DNA of 64,000 nt from Octopus sinensis (Eukaryota). The position numbers and the translations under genes are program-made. The stretch spans positions 15,686,001 through 15,750,000 of the forward strand of contig NC_043023.1 of the NCBI RefSeq assembly GCF_006345805.1, written 5' to 3'. Below the pieces are notes generated by a model. The model ran no database searches. It was not told where the DNA came from and saw only the letters and a program-made list of their open reading frames with translations. This document shows, in pieces, positions 1-11,536 of this stretch (position 1 is its first letter; the number at the start of each line of letters is the position of its first letter).

Positions 1-324
1 AGAATTATTTAATTTATATAATTAATTCATTAATTTTATTCTGTAAAATAGTAATTAATTCATTTATCTGTAAATCCGCGAGGAAAGCGACTATGTAATT
101 TTTTTGTGTAAAATTGAAAATGTTATATATACACACACACACACACACATATATATTTTTAGTGAAATCCAACACCTTTTTTGGGGGGGGTGCATTAACG
201 CGCATGCGCGAATTCTGCACTGCGCATGCGCAAGTCACCTCGTAGGATCTCGAGTATCGAGTACCTACGTCTGGCGCGCGAATTCGCGTGTGCGAAACCG
301 GGACCACGACAATAGACAAGTACC
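1..324. mobile_element. Probable right end of a Merlin-like TIR element (truncated by window start)
   Basis: ACCGGGACCAC-N11-AGTACC at 297-324 matches, with identical spacing, the right TIR of the element ending at 41326 (ACCGGGACCAC-TCTTCTTAAAT-AGTACC). Confidence 0.4.
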
Positions 325-496
325 GTGTTTTTTTTACGCTCGTGAAATTTGGTAAAAAAGAACAAAAAGTGAGTGGGAAAATTGTTGTTGTTGTGGAATT
401 TTGTACGTTTGTTGATGCGGTTTCGCGTTACACTGGTTCTATGCGTTGCACTGTTTCTGTTCGGGCGGCCGTTTTCGGTTTGTCAGACGGAGGGAG

Positions 497-1591
497 ATGG
501 ACGACCACTCCCTAGTGGAGGAGTCGGAGGAAGAATGGATATTTGAGAACTTGTCGGAGACATCGACCTCTGAAGACGAGCAAATCGGTGATGTAAATAA
601 TGTGGAGATAAAAAACAGGAAAACGTACGCAGGAGTTGCAAAAAAGAAGACGGTAGAGGAAAAGGAAATAAACCTAGAAAAATTGCCAGGTTTCCAGAGG
701 TATATGAGGAAGGACAGCGGTGAGGTGGAACTAACACCACCACCAAAGAGAAAAGAATGGTTGGAGAAAAGGACCATCATATACAGGGTATTCGCAAGCG
801 GAACGAAAAAGATAGAAGTGGTGAATATGGAGTGGATAAATGAGGCGCTAAGAAGAACGGAAGAGGAAATCGAATTTCTGTCGAGAGGTTCAAAATATGG
901 TACTGTAGTAGTACAGTTCAAAAGTGAGAAGGCAGCAAGGAAGATGGCGGCGAAGGCGGTGAAATCCGAGAAGGTAATACTTTTGCCTACGTATTTAAAT
1001 AGAAAAATCACAAGAGTAAGGGTCGAGGGAATAGCCCCAAACGTTGAAGCCGAGTGGATTGTGGCGGCTATAATTAGCGGCCACGAGGATGAAGTGGACA
1101 TCCTCCATGCCTCGGTTAAGACCGAGGGCTGGAGAGGCGTGACAGTGGAACTAAATGTGCAGGCAGAGAACGATGTACTGGTGGACCTAACAAAAAACAT
1201 CAGATTGGGAGACGTGATCATGAGAGTGTGGGTGGAGGGCAGGGCGCCCAGGTGCTATAAGTGTGGCCTGAGGGGTCACATAAGAGCCTACTGCCCTCCC
1301 CCACAAAAAGAAACAGTGATCCAGGAAGAGGAGGAAACGGAGCCGGAAAAAGTTGAAGCGGAAGAACCTGAGGAGGAGAAGGAAATCCAAACTGAGTGGG
1401 AAGACGTACGGAAAAAAAGAAAAAGAAAGAAAGTGAACTTTATTGAATCCCAATCCACCCCAACACCACCCGCACCCTCTGAGCCCCATCCTTCCCCTGC
1501 AAACAAAGAGCCCACCCATTCCCCACCTACAAGAAAACCTAAAAACACAGACACACAGATGATACAAGAGCCCATACTTTATGTTTTATAA
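497..1591 (+). CDS. L1/Tx1-like ORF1 (gag-like nucleic-acid-binding protein) with one CCHC zinc knuckle
   Basis: Likely ATG at 497 (MDDHSLVEES). CX2CX4HX4C motif CYKCGLRGHIRAYC is preceded by RVWVEGRAP, as in Tx1/L1 ORF1s. It is followed by acidic, basic (RKKRKRKK) and Pro-rich segments. Confidence 0.75.
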   Translation: MDDHSLVEESEEEWIFENLSETSTSEDEQIGDVNNVEIKNRKTYAGVAKKKTVEEKEINLEKLPGFQRYMRKDSGEVELTPPPKRKEWLEKRTIIYRVFASGTKKIEVVNMEWINEALRRTEEEIEFLSRGSKYGTVVVQFKSEKAARKMAAKAVKSEKVILLPTYLNRKITRVRVEGIAPNVEAEWIVAAIISGHEDEVDILHASVKTEGWRGVTVELNVQAENDVLVDLTKNIRLGDVIMRVWVEGRAPRCYKCGLRGHIRAYCPPPQKETVIQEEEETEPEKVEAEEPEEEKEIQTEWEDVRKKRKRKKVNFIESQSTPTPPAPSEPHPSPANKEPTHSPPTRKPKNTDTQMIQEPILYVL

Positions 1592-1830
1592 AAAAGGAAG
1601 ACAATGTGAAGCCGACAAGTATCTTTGGTGAAAAATCATGGTATGAGGGAGAAGATGGAAGTTACATGGCGATGAAAGGTGAAATAATGGACGCAAGGAA
1701 GATTTTGTCGGAAAAAAAGGGTGTAGAAGCGATTGAGGTGGAATTTTCGGATGAGAAGATAAAAGAGTGTGAAGAGATATTTGAGATAGTATTAGGAAAG
1801 GAGGGGCTTTTGATTGGAGATGATAGGTGA
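1588..1830 (+). pseudogene. Frameshifted C-terminal continuation of the ORF1
   Basis: The -1 frame is open across the ORF1 stop (IKKEDNVKPTSIFGEKSW...GDDR*) with the same purine-rich codon style. One extra T in GTTTTATA (1583-1590) would fuse the two frames. Confidence 0.55.
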
Positions 1831-2006
1831 CGAAGGGTTGTGAAGGACAGGTAAGTGATGCTGGCGGATGGGGCCGTTAGCATCGCTTTCATATTACCAT
1901 TTTTTCATTTAAAATTCATTTTTCATATTATTAATTATAATGTTCTATGTCCCCAATGTTTTGTAATGTCCCCTCTGCATCGCCCCTTGTGGGTAATAAA
2001 AAAATC

Positions 2007-3180
2007 AGAGACGAGGAAGCCACTGTAAGAGGTGTTGTAAATCATTCTCTGTGGAACAATATTTAACTAATCACAAATACATTCATACAGGAGAGAAATC
2101 ATAGCACTGTGATATCTGCAGTAAATCATTCTAAGTCTATTCATAAAGGAGACAAACTATGTCACTGTGATATGTGTGGTAAATCATTCTCTTGGGAATG
2201 TGCTATATATACTCATAAATGTATTCATACAAGAGAGAAGCCCTTTCACTGTAAGAGGTGTGGTAAATCATTCTCTGTGGAACAATATTTAACTAATTAC
2301 AAATACATTCATACAGGAGAGAAAGCATAGCACAGTAATATCTGCAGTAAATCATTCTGTGTAAGAAAATATTTTTATCACAAATCCACTTAGATTGGGG
2401 AGATATTGTATCACTGTGATCATCATCATCATCGTTTAGCATTCGCTTTCCATGCTAGCATGGGTTGGACGGTTCAACTGGGGTGTAGAAAGCCAGAAGG
2501 CTGCACCAGGCCCAGTCTGATCTGGCAGTGTTTCTACAGCTGGATGCCCTTCTTAACGCCAACCACTCCGTGATTGTAGTGGGTGCTTTTTACGTGCCAC
2601 CGGCAAAGGTGCCAGACGAGGCTCGCAAACGTCCACGTTCGGATGGTTCTCTTATGTGCCACCGGCCTTGGTATCACGGCTACAAATTCCATTGATGTTG
2701 ATCAATTATGATTTTGATTTTTGGTTTTGATATCTGTAGTAAATCATTCTCTTTGGATTATGTTGTTTAACTAATTTTAAATGCATTCATACAGGAGAAA
2801 AGACATCTTGCTGTGTTATCTGTGCAAAATCATTCTCTTAATGTAATTTAACTAAACCTGTATTTATTCATATTGATCAATAACAATACCAGTGATAAAA
2901 TGGGGAATGAAATACAGCAATTGTATTACTTTTTTTGAGACAAATAAATTTTTTACATTTTCCTCATTTGCATCAACTCATTAATTATGATGTGTGTGGT
3001 TTTCATTCAAACAATTTTAATTACATTAATTTGCTGTTTTCTTGTGGATATATCATTTCGACACCATTGTATTACATTCCAGTTCCCAACGATGATCAGT
3101 TGTTCTCTGCTGGACATGCTTAGGCTATCCCACGATCTGCAGCCTATAATCTAATGAACAATATGTGTCCATAGCTTGTA
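2007..3180 (+). pseudogene. Fossil C2H2 finger tail / 3' region of a zinc-finger unit whose CDS is not in the window
   Basis: Degenerate HTGEK/CxxCGKSFS repeats with stops, followed by the same non-coding tail found after genes A, B and C (e.g. CATTTTCCTCATTTGCATCAACTCA). Confidence 0.75.
2422..2725 (-). mobile_element. RTE LINE 3' UTR fragment with (GAT)n tail
   Basis: Same sequence as the 3' UTR of the RTE at 63244-64000 (GGATGCCCTTC..ACGCCAACCACTCC motif, (CAT)n on + strand). Confidence 0.75.
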
Positions 3181-3229
3181 CTGGGTACACTACATGGAGT
3201 TTCTCCTGACATCTTTTCTACATGCCTAA

Positions 3230-3590
3230 TAGGGCCATCCCCCTGTCTTTGGTCTTTGCTAAATTTACTGTATGGTTTTTCAATCCAGATGTTGCTTCCA
3301 TACCTGAAATTTCTTCTCTAATTTTGGTAGGGATTCAGTAATAAGAAGGTCATCAGCTTGGAAGAGATCCTAAGGGCAGCCGATCTTAAATTCCTGTTAT
3401 TGCTTGCAGGACTATGATAAACAAGAGTGGGGTGAAAAACGATCCTTGGTGGACTCCTATTTTTACACTAAAATTCATGCTATACTCATTGGTGACATTT
3501 ACCTTACTGACAGCATCCCTATACATGGCTTTTGCATGTCTCACCAACCACTCATCTCTCCCTAAACGACGATGCTGTGGTGATCTCATT
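3230..3590 (-). mobile_element. RTE-type reverse transcriptase fragment
   Basis: EWLVRHAKAMYRDAVSKV...VKIGVHQGSFFTPLLFIIVLQAI matches the RT QG(S) motif region. Confidence 0.75.
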
Positions 3591-3925
3591 CTTGCTCACA
3601 ACATCATAAGCAGGAAGTGTAACCTCTCGAAAGAGCTGTTCTTCAATCCTGCTCCAGAGCGTCGGCTGCAGGGTCACTCCGAAAAGCTCTATCTGTGACA
3701 ATTTCATCTCAATCAAAGGAGAGGGGCTTTCTCAGTCCGGGTTGCGGATCCGTGGAATAAGCTGCCAGATGAGATAGTGAAGATGCCGACGACCACTCGG
3801 TTCAAAGACCCTCTTGACCACAAATGGCTGAACTCTGTATGACCACCCTCCCTGTACATAACTCCATGTCCCCCTACATGGCCTTGCTTTTTGCTTTTTG
3901 AGCCAAAAAGTTAACTTAACTTAGC
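3590..3925 (+). mobile_element. CR1/L2-type LINE 3' end fragment
   Basis: RRLQGHSEKL..RRGAFSVRVADPWNKLP is a typical CR1-group ORF2 C-terminus, and the fragment ends in a TTAACTTAACTTAG tail. Confidence 0.65.
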
Positions 3926-4159
3926 TTCTCTATTGCTCACCAAATAATGGAGTAGGGGACTCTGTCAAAAGCTTTCTCCATGTCAACAAAATCCAAATGC
4001 AAAGATATATCTTTGACCAAGTACTTCTGCTTTTGCCTCACCAGGAAGATAGCATTGCTGGTGCTTCTACTTGATACAATTCTACACCTTGATCCGTGGA
4101 ACTTACATTGATATATGAGGAGACCTATTGAGTCAAGTACATTAACATCAAAAAATCAA

Positions 4160-4635
4160 ATGGAAATTGTAGTTGTGATACCTGTGCCGGTGGCAAGTAA
4201 AAAGCACCATCCGAACATGGCTGATGCCAGCACCACCTTGACTGGCTTCCATGCTGGTGAAAAGCACCAACCGATCATAGCCGTTGCCAGCCTTGCCTTG
4301 CACCTGTGCTGGTGGCATGTAAAATGCACCCACTACACTCACGGAGTGGTTGGCATTAGGAAGGAATTTAAGATTGGCTGCCCTTGGGATCTCTTCAGGT
4401 ATTTCAGGTATGGAAGCAAGATCTGGATTGAAAAACCATACAGTAAATTTAGCAAAGACCATAGACAGATCCTGTCAGGGAGATGGCCCTGCTCGGCATG
4501 TAGAAAAAGGCATCCAGCTGTAGAAACACTGCCAGATCAGACTGGAGCCTGGTGCAGCCATCTGGCTTCCCAGACGCCGGTCAAACCGTCCAACCCATGC
4601 CATCAAGGAAAGCAGACATTAAACGATGATGATGA
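4160..4635 (+). mobile_element. Mosaic RTE LINE fragments (3' UTR pieces with GAT tail)
   Basis: Similar to the RTE 3' UTR copies and ends in AAACGATGATGATG. Confidence 0.6.
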
Positions 4636-4855
4636 CGCAGAAACGTTAGCAGGCCGGACGAAATGCTTTGCAGTATTTCGTCTGTCGTTGCGTTCTCAGT
4701 TCAAATTCCGCCAAGGTCGACTTTGCCTGTCATCCTTTTGCGGTCGATAAATAAAGTACCAGTTTCGCACTGGGGTCGATGTAATCGACTTAATCCCTTT
4801 GTCTGTCCTTGTTTGTCCCCTCTATGTTTAGCCCCTTGTGGGCAGCAAAGAAATA
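4636..4855 (+). mobile_element. tRNA-derived SINE, family 2 (5'-truncated)
   Basis: GTTCAAATTCC B-box-like motif, GGGGTCGAT repeats, and 3' end GCCCCTTGTGGGCAGCAAAGAAATA. Confidence 0.75.
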
Positions 4856-5733
4856 GATGATGATGATGATATAATTAATGGAAGATACAAGAATATTTAT
4901 TGATCACTACAATTGTTTCGACATATCTTGCTTCGATCCTTTATGAGTGGAATATTGAAGAGTTGCTTTATGAGTAGCCAACAGTGTAGATGTATCTTTT
5001 CAGCTGATTACAAGATATATTTCATTAAAATAACGTCTGTTCTGCAAAAATTCTTCTTGTTATGTGTTTGTTTTATAATTTGTTGATATTATTTGATTTA
5101 CAAAACGCAAGGTATTAAATGTTTAGATGGCCGTTTGCCAACCTTCTCTGGCCCCTTGTGCCGGTGGCACGTAAAAAGCACCATCTGATCGTGGATGTTT
5201 GCCAGCCTCGTCTGGCACCTGTGCAGGTGGCATGTAAAGGGCACCATCCGATCATGGCCATTTGCCAGCCTCATCTGGCACATAAAAATCACACACTACA
5301 CTCTCGGAGTGGTTGGCGTTAGGAAGGGCATCCAGCCGTAGAAACACTGCCAGATCAGACTGGGCCTGATGCAGCCTTCTGGCTTCCCAGACCCCAGTTG
5401 AACCATCCAACCCAGATGAACCTACCTCACGGTAAGAGGTGCAAATGAGAGTAGCTATATCAAACTCCATTCTTCACCAAGTGCCACATATTGGGGGTGG
5501 TTCTTTGTAATAACAGTGTAGCACAAAACGGCGGTGCATCAGCATGGCCACAGCTCTGAGCTGAAACAAGAAAAAAAAAAAAGGTACCAAACAGATAACC
5601 AACATTTTTAATGATGAAGACATTCTCCTTGCATGCTTTCACTTGAAATGTGACTTATCCCCACATTTCGCCTATGAAATTTAATTTGTCACCCGTCATG
5701 CTACAAAGAAATTTTGCTGTTTTTATCAACATA

Positions 5734-6110
5734 GGCGCAGGAGTGGCTGTGTGGAAAGTAGCTTGCTTATGAACCATAAGGTTCCGGGTTCAGTCCCACA
5801 ATGTGGTACATTGGTTCAATGTCTTCTACTATAGCCTCGGGTCGACCAAAGCCTTGTGAGTGGATTTGGTAGACGGAAACTGAAAGAAGCCTATCATATA
5901 TATGTATGCTTGTGTGTCTGTGTTTGTCCCCCCAACATTGCTTGACAACCGATGCTGGTGTGTTTACACCCCTGTCACATAGCAGTTTGGCAAAAGAGAA
6001 AAATAGAATAAGTACTAGGCTTACAAAGAATAAGTCCTGGGGTTTATTTGCTCGACTAAAGGCACTGCTCCAGCATGGCCACTGTCAAATGCCTGAAACA
6101 TGTAAAATAG
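5734..6110 (+). mobile_element. tRNA-derived SINE, family 1
   Basis: GGCGCAGGAGTGGCTGTGTGG head, GGTTCAGTCCC B-box, internal TA/TG microsatellite and GAAACAxGTAAAA tail. Many copies occur in the window. Confidence 0.8.
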
Positions 6111-6159
6111 ATAGGTTCCCCTATTTTCTTCCATGTATCCATATTTATTATTGAAATAT

Positions 6160-7135
6160 CACTTCCAGTATCGAACTGAAGTTTAATATGTATTCCAATC
6201 ATTTTTACGTGTACAAATTTCCTCATTTGGGAGTCGAATTTTGTTTCTGTTGAGAGCCCTCTAGGATCTTTAATGGGTGATCTTCAGAATTTAGTTCTGC
6301 AGTGTGAATTTCTGTATATTCATTTGTTGTAAGGCCTTGTACCAAAAGAAGACACCTGAACATCTCAGGTGTAAATTCTTTGAGTTTAAAAATATTCACA
6401 CATTCTGTTAATTGTTCCTGCATTTGTGATAAAATCACCATCCTCTTTTTTCATTCTATTCCAAAACACCATCCAAGTGTTAGAGAAGTTTTATCACTGA
6501 ATATGTTAGACAGTAATTCTATTGTTTCTTTAAAACAAATTTCATTTTTTTGGGGTAATATGAAATTAAAATAATGTTCATACTCAGATGGGGCTCATTT
6601 ATGTCATAATAACCTTACTTTTTCTGTGTCTGACCATGTCTTACAATCTTCCTTAAAAATTACCTGCTGTAGTACAATGCAACAGTTATACCGTCCTCTG
6701 GGTTATAACTGAATTCATCGAGTCCAAAACGTCGTCTGGCGAGAATGTACTTCCCTTATTTTTAGACTTCTTTGAATAAAGCTCCAATAATTGTTGTTGT
6801 TGCTGCCTTTGTCGTTGATTTTGCAACAGTTTTATAGAAGCTAATTAGTCTTCCATGATTTAACAATTTTGTATCACAAAAATTTGTTAACTGACCTGCA
6901 AGAGCTTCGAAACCCTCATCGCCAGATGTTGTAACATAATTGTTCCGTACAATAAATAAGATAACCAGAAAATTGTAACAGCAATCTAATGAACTAACAA
7001 ATCTTTTACGAACCAACATTCAATATTCCTTAGGAAGTAAACCAAGCGACACCTTCCGACTTCACTTGACTCTGAACCGCAAACTCACTCAGATCATTAC
7101 TATTTATACTTTACTCGGACCAATCTATCTCTCAC
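6160..7135 (-). mobile_element. Ty3/gypsy LTR retrotransposon remnant (LTR end, PBS-like site, decayed gag)
   Basis: On the minus strand there is TATAAATAG in the LTR and an LTR end ..TTACAACA, followed by PBS-like TCTGGCGATGAGG (6914-6926). A decayed gag-like peptide FTPEMFRCLLLVQGLTTNE lies further downstream. Confidence 0.55.
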
Positions 7136-7499
7136 AAGGGGACATGGTAACTCTCATCACAACAGGTGCCATTCTAACCAGATGCCCATCATAAATCCCT
7201 GCTTGGTATCCGGTAAGAACAAGACCATGAAAACCTGCTCTACAGAATGATTTAGCAAAAAATAAGTATGATGATAATCCCTTGCATGGGTTGAGCGGGG
7301 GTGTGCTTGAACCATAGGTAGAGTGGGGCATTAGGCTTTTGAAAAATATTTCCCACTCTACACCCAAAACCGTGACAAACAGCAATAAGCCTCCAGCTAG
7401 TGCCAGAATATGTGGGCAGTAGCACAAAGGGTGCAGATCCTGGGATCCCTGAGTGTGTCCAGCAGAGGATAACTGATCATGGCTTGGAACTGGAGTGTA

Positions 7500-8061
<562 letters not shown>

Positions 8062-8107
<46 letters not shown>

Positions 8108-10700
8108 TGTGTACAGTGCTCAGGTGCACTACAACTCATCTAAAGTGTATATATAATCAGGTGTAGTTTCGACGGATTTCGGGAAGCATAAGGGCCTTAA
8201 AGGATGCAGTGTCATGGCAGTCAACAACTGATGCAGGCAGTTTATTCCACGCTTCAGCAACCCTGAGCGTGAAAAAATGTTTCCGAAAGTCATGGGAGCT
8301 GTGCTGTTTTCTGACTTTGTAGGCATGTCCACGTGTGTTAGACACATGGAGATCAAAAAGGTGTTCAGTGTTGTTGTTGGTGAGGTGGTTGATAACCTTG
8401 TGGGTGTTTACCAAGTCCACCGCCAGACGCCGGAGCTTCAGTGAATCCATGCCCAGGGAAACAAGGCGCTCAGAATATGGTAGGTGTCTGATGGAGGGTA
8501 TGTGTTTGGTTGCACGTCTCTGGACAGATTCCAGGAGGTCAATGTTCTGAGCAAGATAGGGATTCCAAACTGATGATGCGAATTCCAAGTGTGGTCGTAC
8601 CATAGCTGTATACAGTTTTAAATAGATGGCTGGAGAGCGGCTAACAAAAGTCTTGCTGAGTGATGCCAAGACACCCTCGGCCTTCTTGACAATTTTAGAG
8701 ATATGCTTTGTCCAACGCAAATCACTGCTGACAGTGATGCCTAGGTCACGCTCGCAAGAGGATTTCTTGATATCAGTGTTGTGGAGGGAGTATGTGGACG
8801 CAGGGTTTTTTCTCCCAAAATGCATGGTGGTACACTTGTCCACAGCCAGTTTCAGTTGCCAGTCTGTGATCCATTGCTGCATTGTGTCTAGGTCTGATTG
8901 CAGGAAAGAGTTGTAGACATCAGGATCAGTCCTCTTGATTTCAAGGTACAGCTTGATGTCGTCTGCATATTTCAATACTGTGGCATTCTTTAAATTGGCA
9001 TCTATGTCATTAATGTATGCCACAAACAGGAGGGGACCAAGGACAGATCCCTGTGGTACACCCGATGACATCTCATATGGTGTAGAGTGCTGTCCTAGAA
9101 CTGTGACTACCTCCTTTCGGCTGAGGATGAAGGATTTCAACCAGTTAAAAACGTCATCCCTCACACCCATTGCAGAGAGTTTCACCATAAGCCTTTTGCG
9201 TGGCACAGAGTTGAAAGCCTTAGCAAAGTCAAGGTAGACAACATCCACCCATGAACCACTGTCAGTGATCTGAGTAATGTCCTCAAGGAACTCGACAAGC
9301 TGGTCACTGCAGCTGGAGTTAGGGACAAATCCATATTGTGAGGGTCAGATGAGACTGTGAGAGCTCCAGAAGTTCCAGAGTGTTTCTCTGACACACGATT
9401 CCATCAGTTTTGCAATACAGCTAGTGAGACTGACTGGGCGATAGTTGACAGGTGATGTGCGGTCACCCTTTTTGAACAGAGGAATGACACTGGCAGTTTT
9501 CCACTGCTCCGGAGTAGCACCATTGTTGAGACAGTACTGGAAGAAAATAGAAAGCTGGTGTAAAAGGAAGTGCCTGCCACGTTTGAGAAGCAGGTATGTA
9601 GCTCCATCGAGACCAGGGGAGGCATAGTTGCGCTTATTTTGAAGGTGACGTCGCAGCATTGCAGGTGTAAATTCCATAGTTGTTATGGAGTTTGCTGTTA
9701 GTGATGGTGAAGATGGTACATTTTGACTTTCGACTGAATATGTTTGCATAGCACTCGGCAATGAGTTCTGCGCATTCCTTGGGGTCGTCAGTGATCTGGT
9801 TCGTGTGAGGGTTGCGAAGAGGGCCCACTGGAGAGTGAGGTCTCTGCTTTGAATGCACATATTTCCAGAAAACCTTGCTGTCAGGATTGGCTGCTATGCA
9901 CTGTTCAAATTCAAGCACTGCATTTTTTGTCACTTGCTTGAGATGGTTGGAGGATTTATTCCGCTTCTTCCTGTTGGTGTCTGATTTATGCAACTTGTAT
10001 TCCTGTTCAGCAGTCCGACGTTCCTTCCTGGCAAGTCGGACCGCTGAAGTTTCCCAAATTGCCCTTTTGGGGTGGTTCTTCTGTTTTTGTTTACGTGGCA
10101 TTGATGCTGCACATGCTGCCCATATTGAGTCCAGGATACTCTGGAGTATAGTATTCACATCTCCAGAGTTGTAGAATTCACGCCAGTTTGGGTGCTGTAG
10201 TTCAGTGTGGTACAGGTTCCAATCTGCTCTCTTCCAATCGAAGGAAGCAGATTGGAGATGGTTCAGGTGTTTGTTGCCCGCAAGAGCCAGATTGGCGATG
10301 ATCATAGCATGATCAGAGTCACCTAGAGGTTCCTCCGTAGTGCAATTGATAACCGCTTCAGGAGTTGTGGTGAAGAGCAGGTCCAAGGTGTTGTCGCCTC
10401 TTGTTGGAGAGGTGACTACTTGTGACCAGTTTGAGTCCAGCACAAGCTCAACAAAATCGTTTGCACTCTGTGGCCAACGGAAGGTTTCCCAATCGATCTC
10501 AGGATGATTGAAATCGCCTGCAATAAACACATAAGTGGCTGTTTTCCTGGCTGCAGCTCGGAGGATGTTGCAAAGCTGTGTGTCCTGATGGTAATTTGGG
10601 GGACGATAAACAACGCCAAGCAGGAGTGTTGACATGGTCATACGTACGTCACAGAAAAAAACTTCTTGTGATTCGTTCAAATCGGCACAAGTTTAATATT
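8062..10700 (-). mobile_element. 5'-truncated CR1-group LINE (APE endonuclease + RT) with (TTA)n tail
   Basis: APE motifs (GVVYRPP, IAGDFNHP, DNTLDL, SDH) and RT motifs (YLDFAKAF, GVPQGSVLGPLLF, YADD). The (AAT)n tail lies at 8062-8107. The element is absent from the paralogous site near 17030. Confidence 0.95.
8157..10680 (-). pseudogene. LINE ORF2, broken by one frameshift (~9735) and one in-frame TGA (9345-9347)
   Basis: Three ORF-track segments (9634-10680, 9345-9860, 8157-9248) join into one APE-RT protein. The frame continues past the TGA as PSQYGFVPNSSCSDQL. Confidence 0.85.
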
Positions 10701-10972
10701 TAATTAATTAAATATTTTCTTAAACGGAATGATTTACTGTAGATACTACAGTGCTATGGTTTGTCCCCTGTGTTAATGCATTTGTGTCTATTTAAGCACC
10801 TCTTCTGAGAGAATGATTTACCACAGATATGGTTTCTCGTGTGTATGAACGTGTTTGTGATCAGTTAAATATTTTTTTAAACAATGACTTATCACAGATA
10901 TCGCAAGACTATGGTCTCTCTGCTGCGTGAATGTATCTATGAGAGGTTAAACTGCTTCTAGAAGAAAATGAT

Positions 10973-11536
10973 TTACACAGATATATTACAGGGATATGGA
11001 TTGTCTCCTGTATGAGTGTATTTGTGATAAGCAAGGCGACTTTTTTCAGAGAATGCTACACCACAGATATCACAGTGATATGGTTTCTCTCCTTTATGAA
11101 CTGATTTGTGATAAGTAAGGCCACTCCTATGAGAGAATGATTTACCACAGATATTGCAGTGATATGGTTTCTCTCCAGTATGAACTGATTTGTGAGAAGT
11201 AAGGTTACATTTTTGAGAGAATGATTTACCACAAATATCGCAGTGATATGGTTTCTCTCCAGTATGAATAGGTAAATGAGAAGTGAGGTTACATTTCCGA
11301 GTGAATGATTTACCACAAATATCACATTTATATGGTTTCTCCCCTGTGTGAATGTATTTGTGATAAGTAAGGCCGCTCCTTCGAGTGAATGATTTACCAC
11401 AAATATCACAGGGATATGGCCTCTCATGAGTATGTATGAGTTTGTGAGTAGTTAAATAACTTTTTAATGAAAAGGATTTATCACAGATATCACACTGATA
11501 TGGTTTCTCACCTGTATGAACTGATTTGTGAGTAGC
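10973..11536 (-). other. Out-of-frame continuation of gene A: six further intact C2H2 fingers ending PYPCNISV*
   Basis: Hand translation after restoring one base at ~11537 is open to TAA at 10973-10975, and the C-terminus matches gene E (PYPCDISV*). Confidence 0.8.

Larger units (their letters stand above)
325..2006 (+). mobile_element. ORF1-only non-LTR retroelement (HAL1-like): 5' UTR, gag-like ORF, short 3' UTR, A-rich tail
   Basis: Purine-rich ORF with a CCHC knuckle and no endonuclease or RT downstream. It ends in GCCCCTTGTGGGTAATAAAAAAA (1982-2004), directly abutting fossil zinc-finger sequence. The 5' boundary is approximate. Confidence 0.6.

Noticed and set aside
439-1575. Antisense ORFs opposite ORF1 (260, 126 and 95 aa)
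   Set aside because: They are expected by-products of a purine-rich sense strand and have no motifs.
1583-1596. Programmed -1 frameshift joining the two ORF1 parts
   Set aside because: The A AAA AAG heptamer overlaps and follows the stop codon, and no in-frame X XXY YYZ precedes it; a 1-bp deletion or sequencing error is simpler.
4900-4945. Minus-strand GAAACAATTGTAGTG hammerhead-like half
   Set aside because: Palindromic stem III is present but there is no recognisable CUGANGA or consistent stems I and II.
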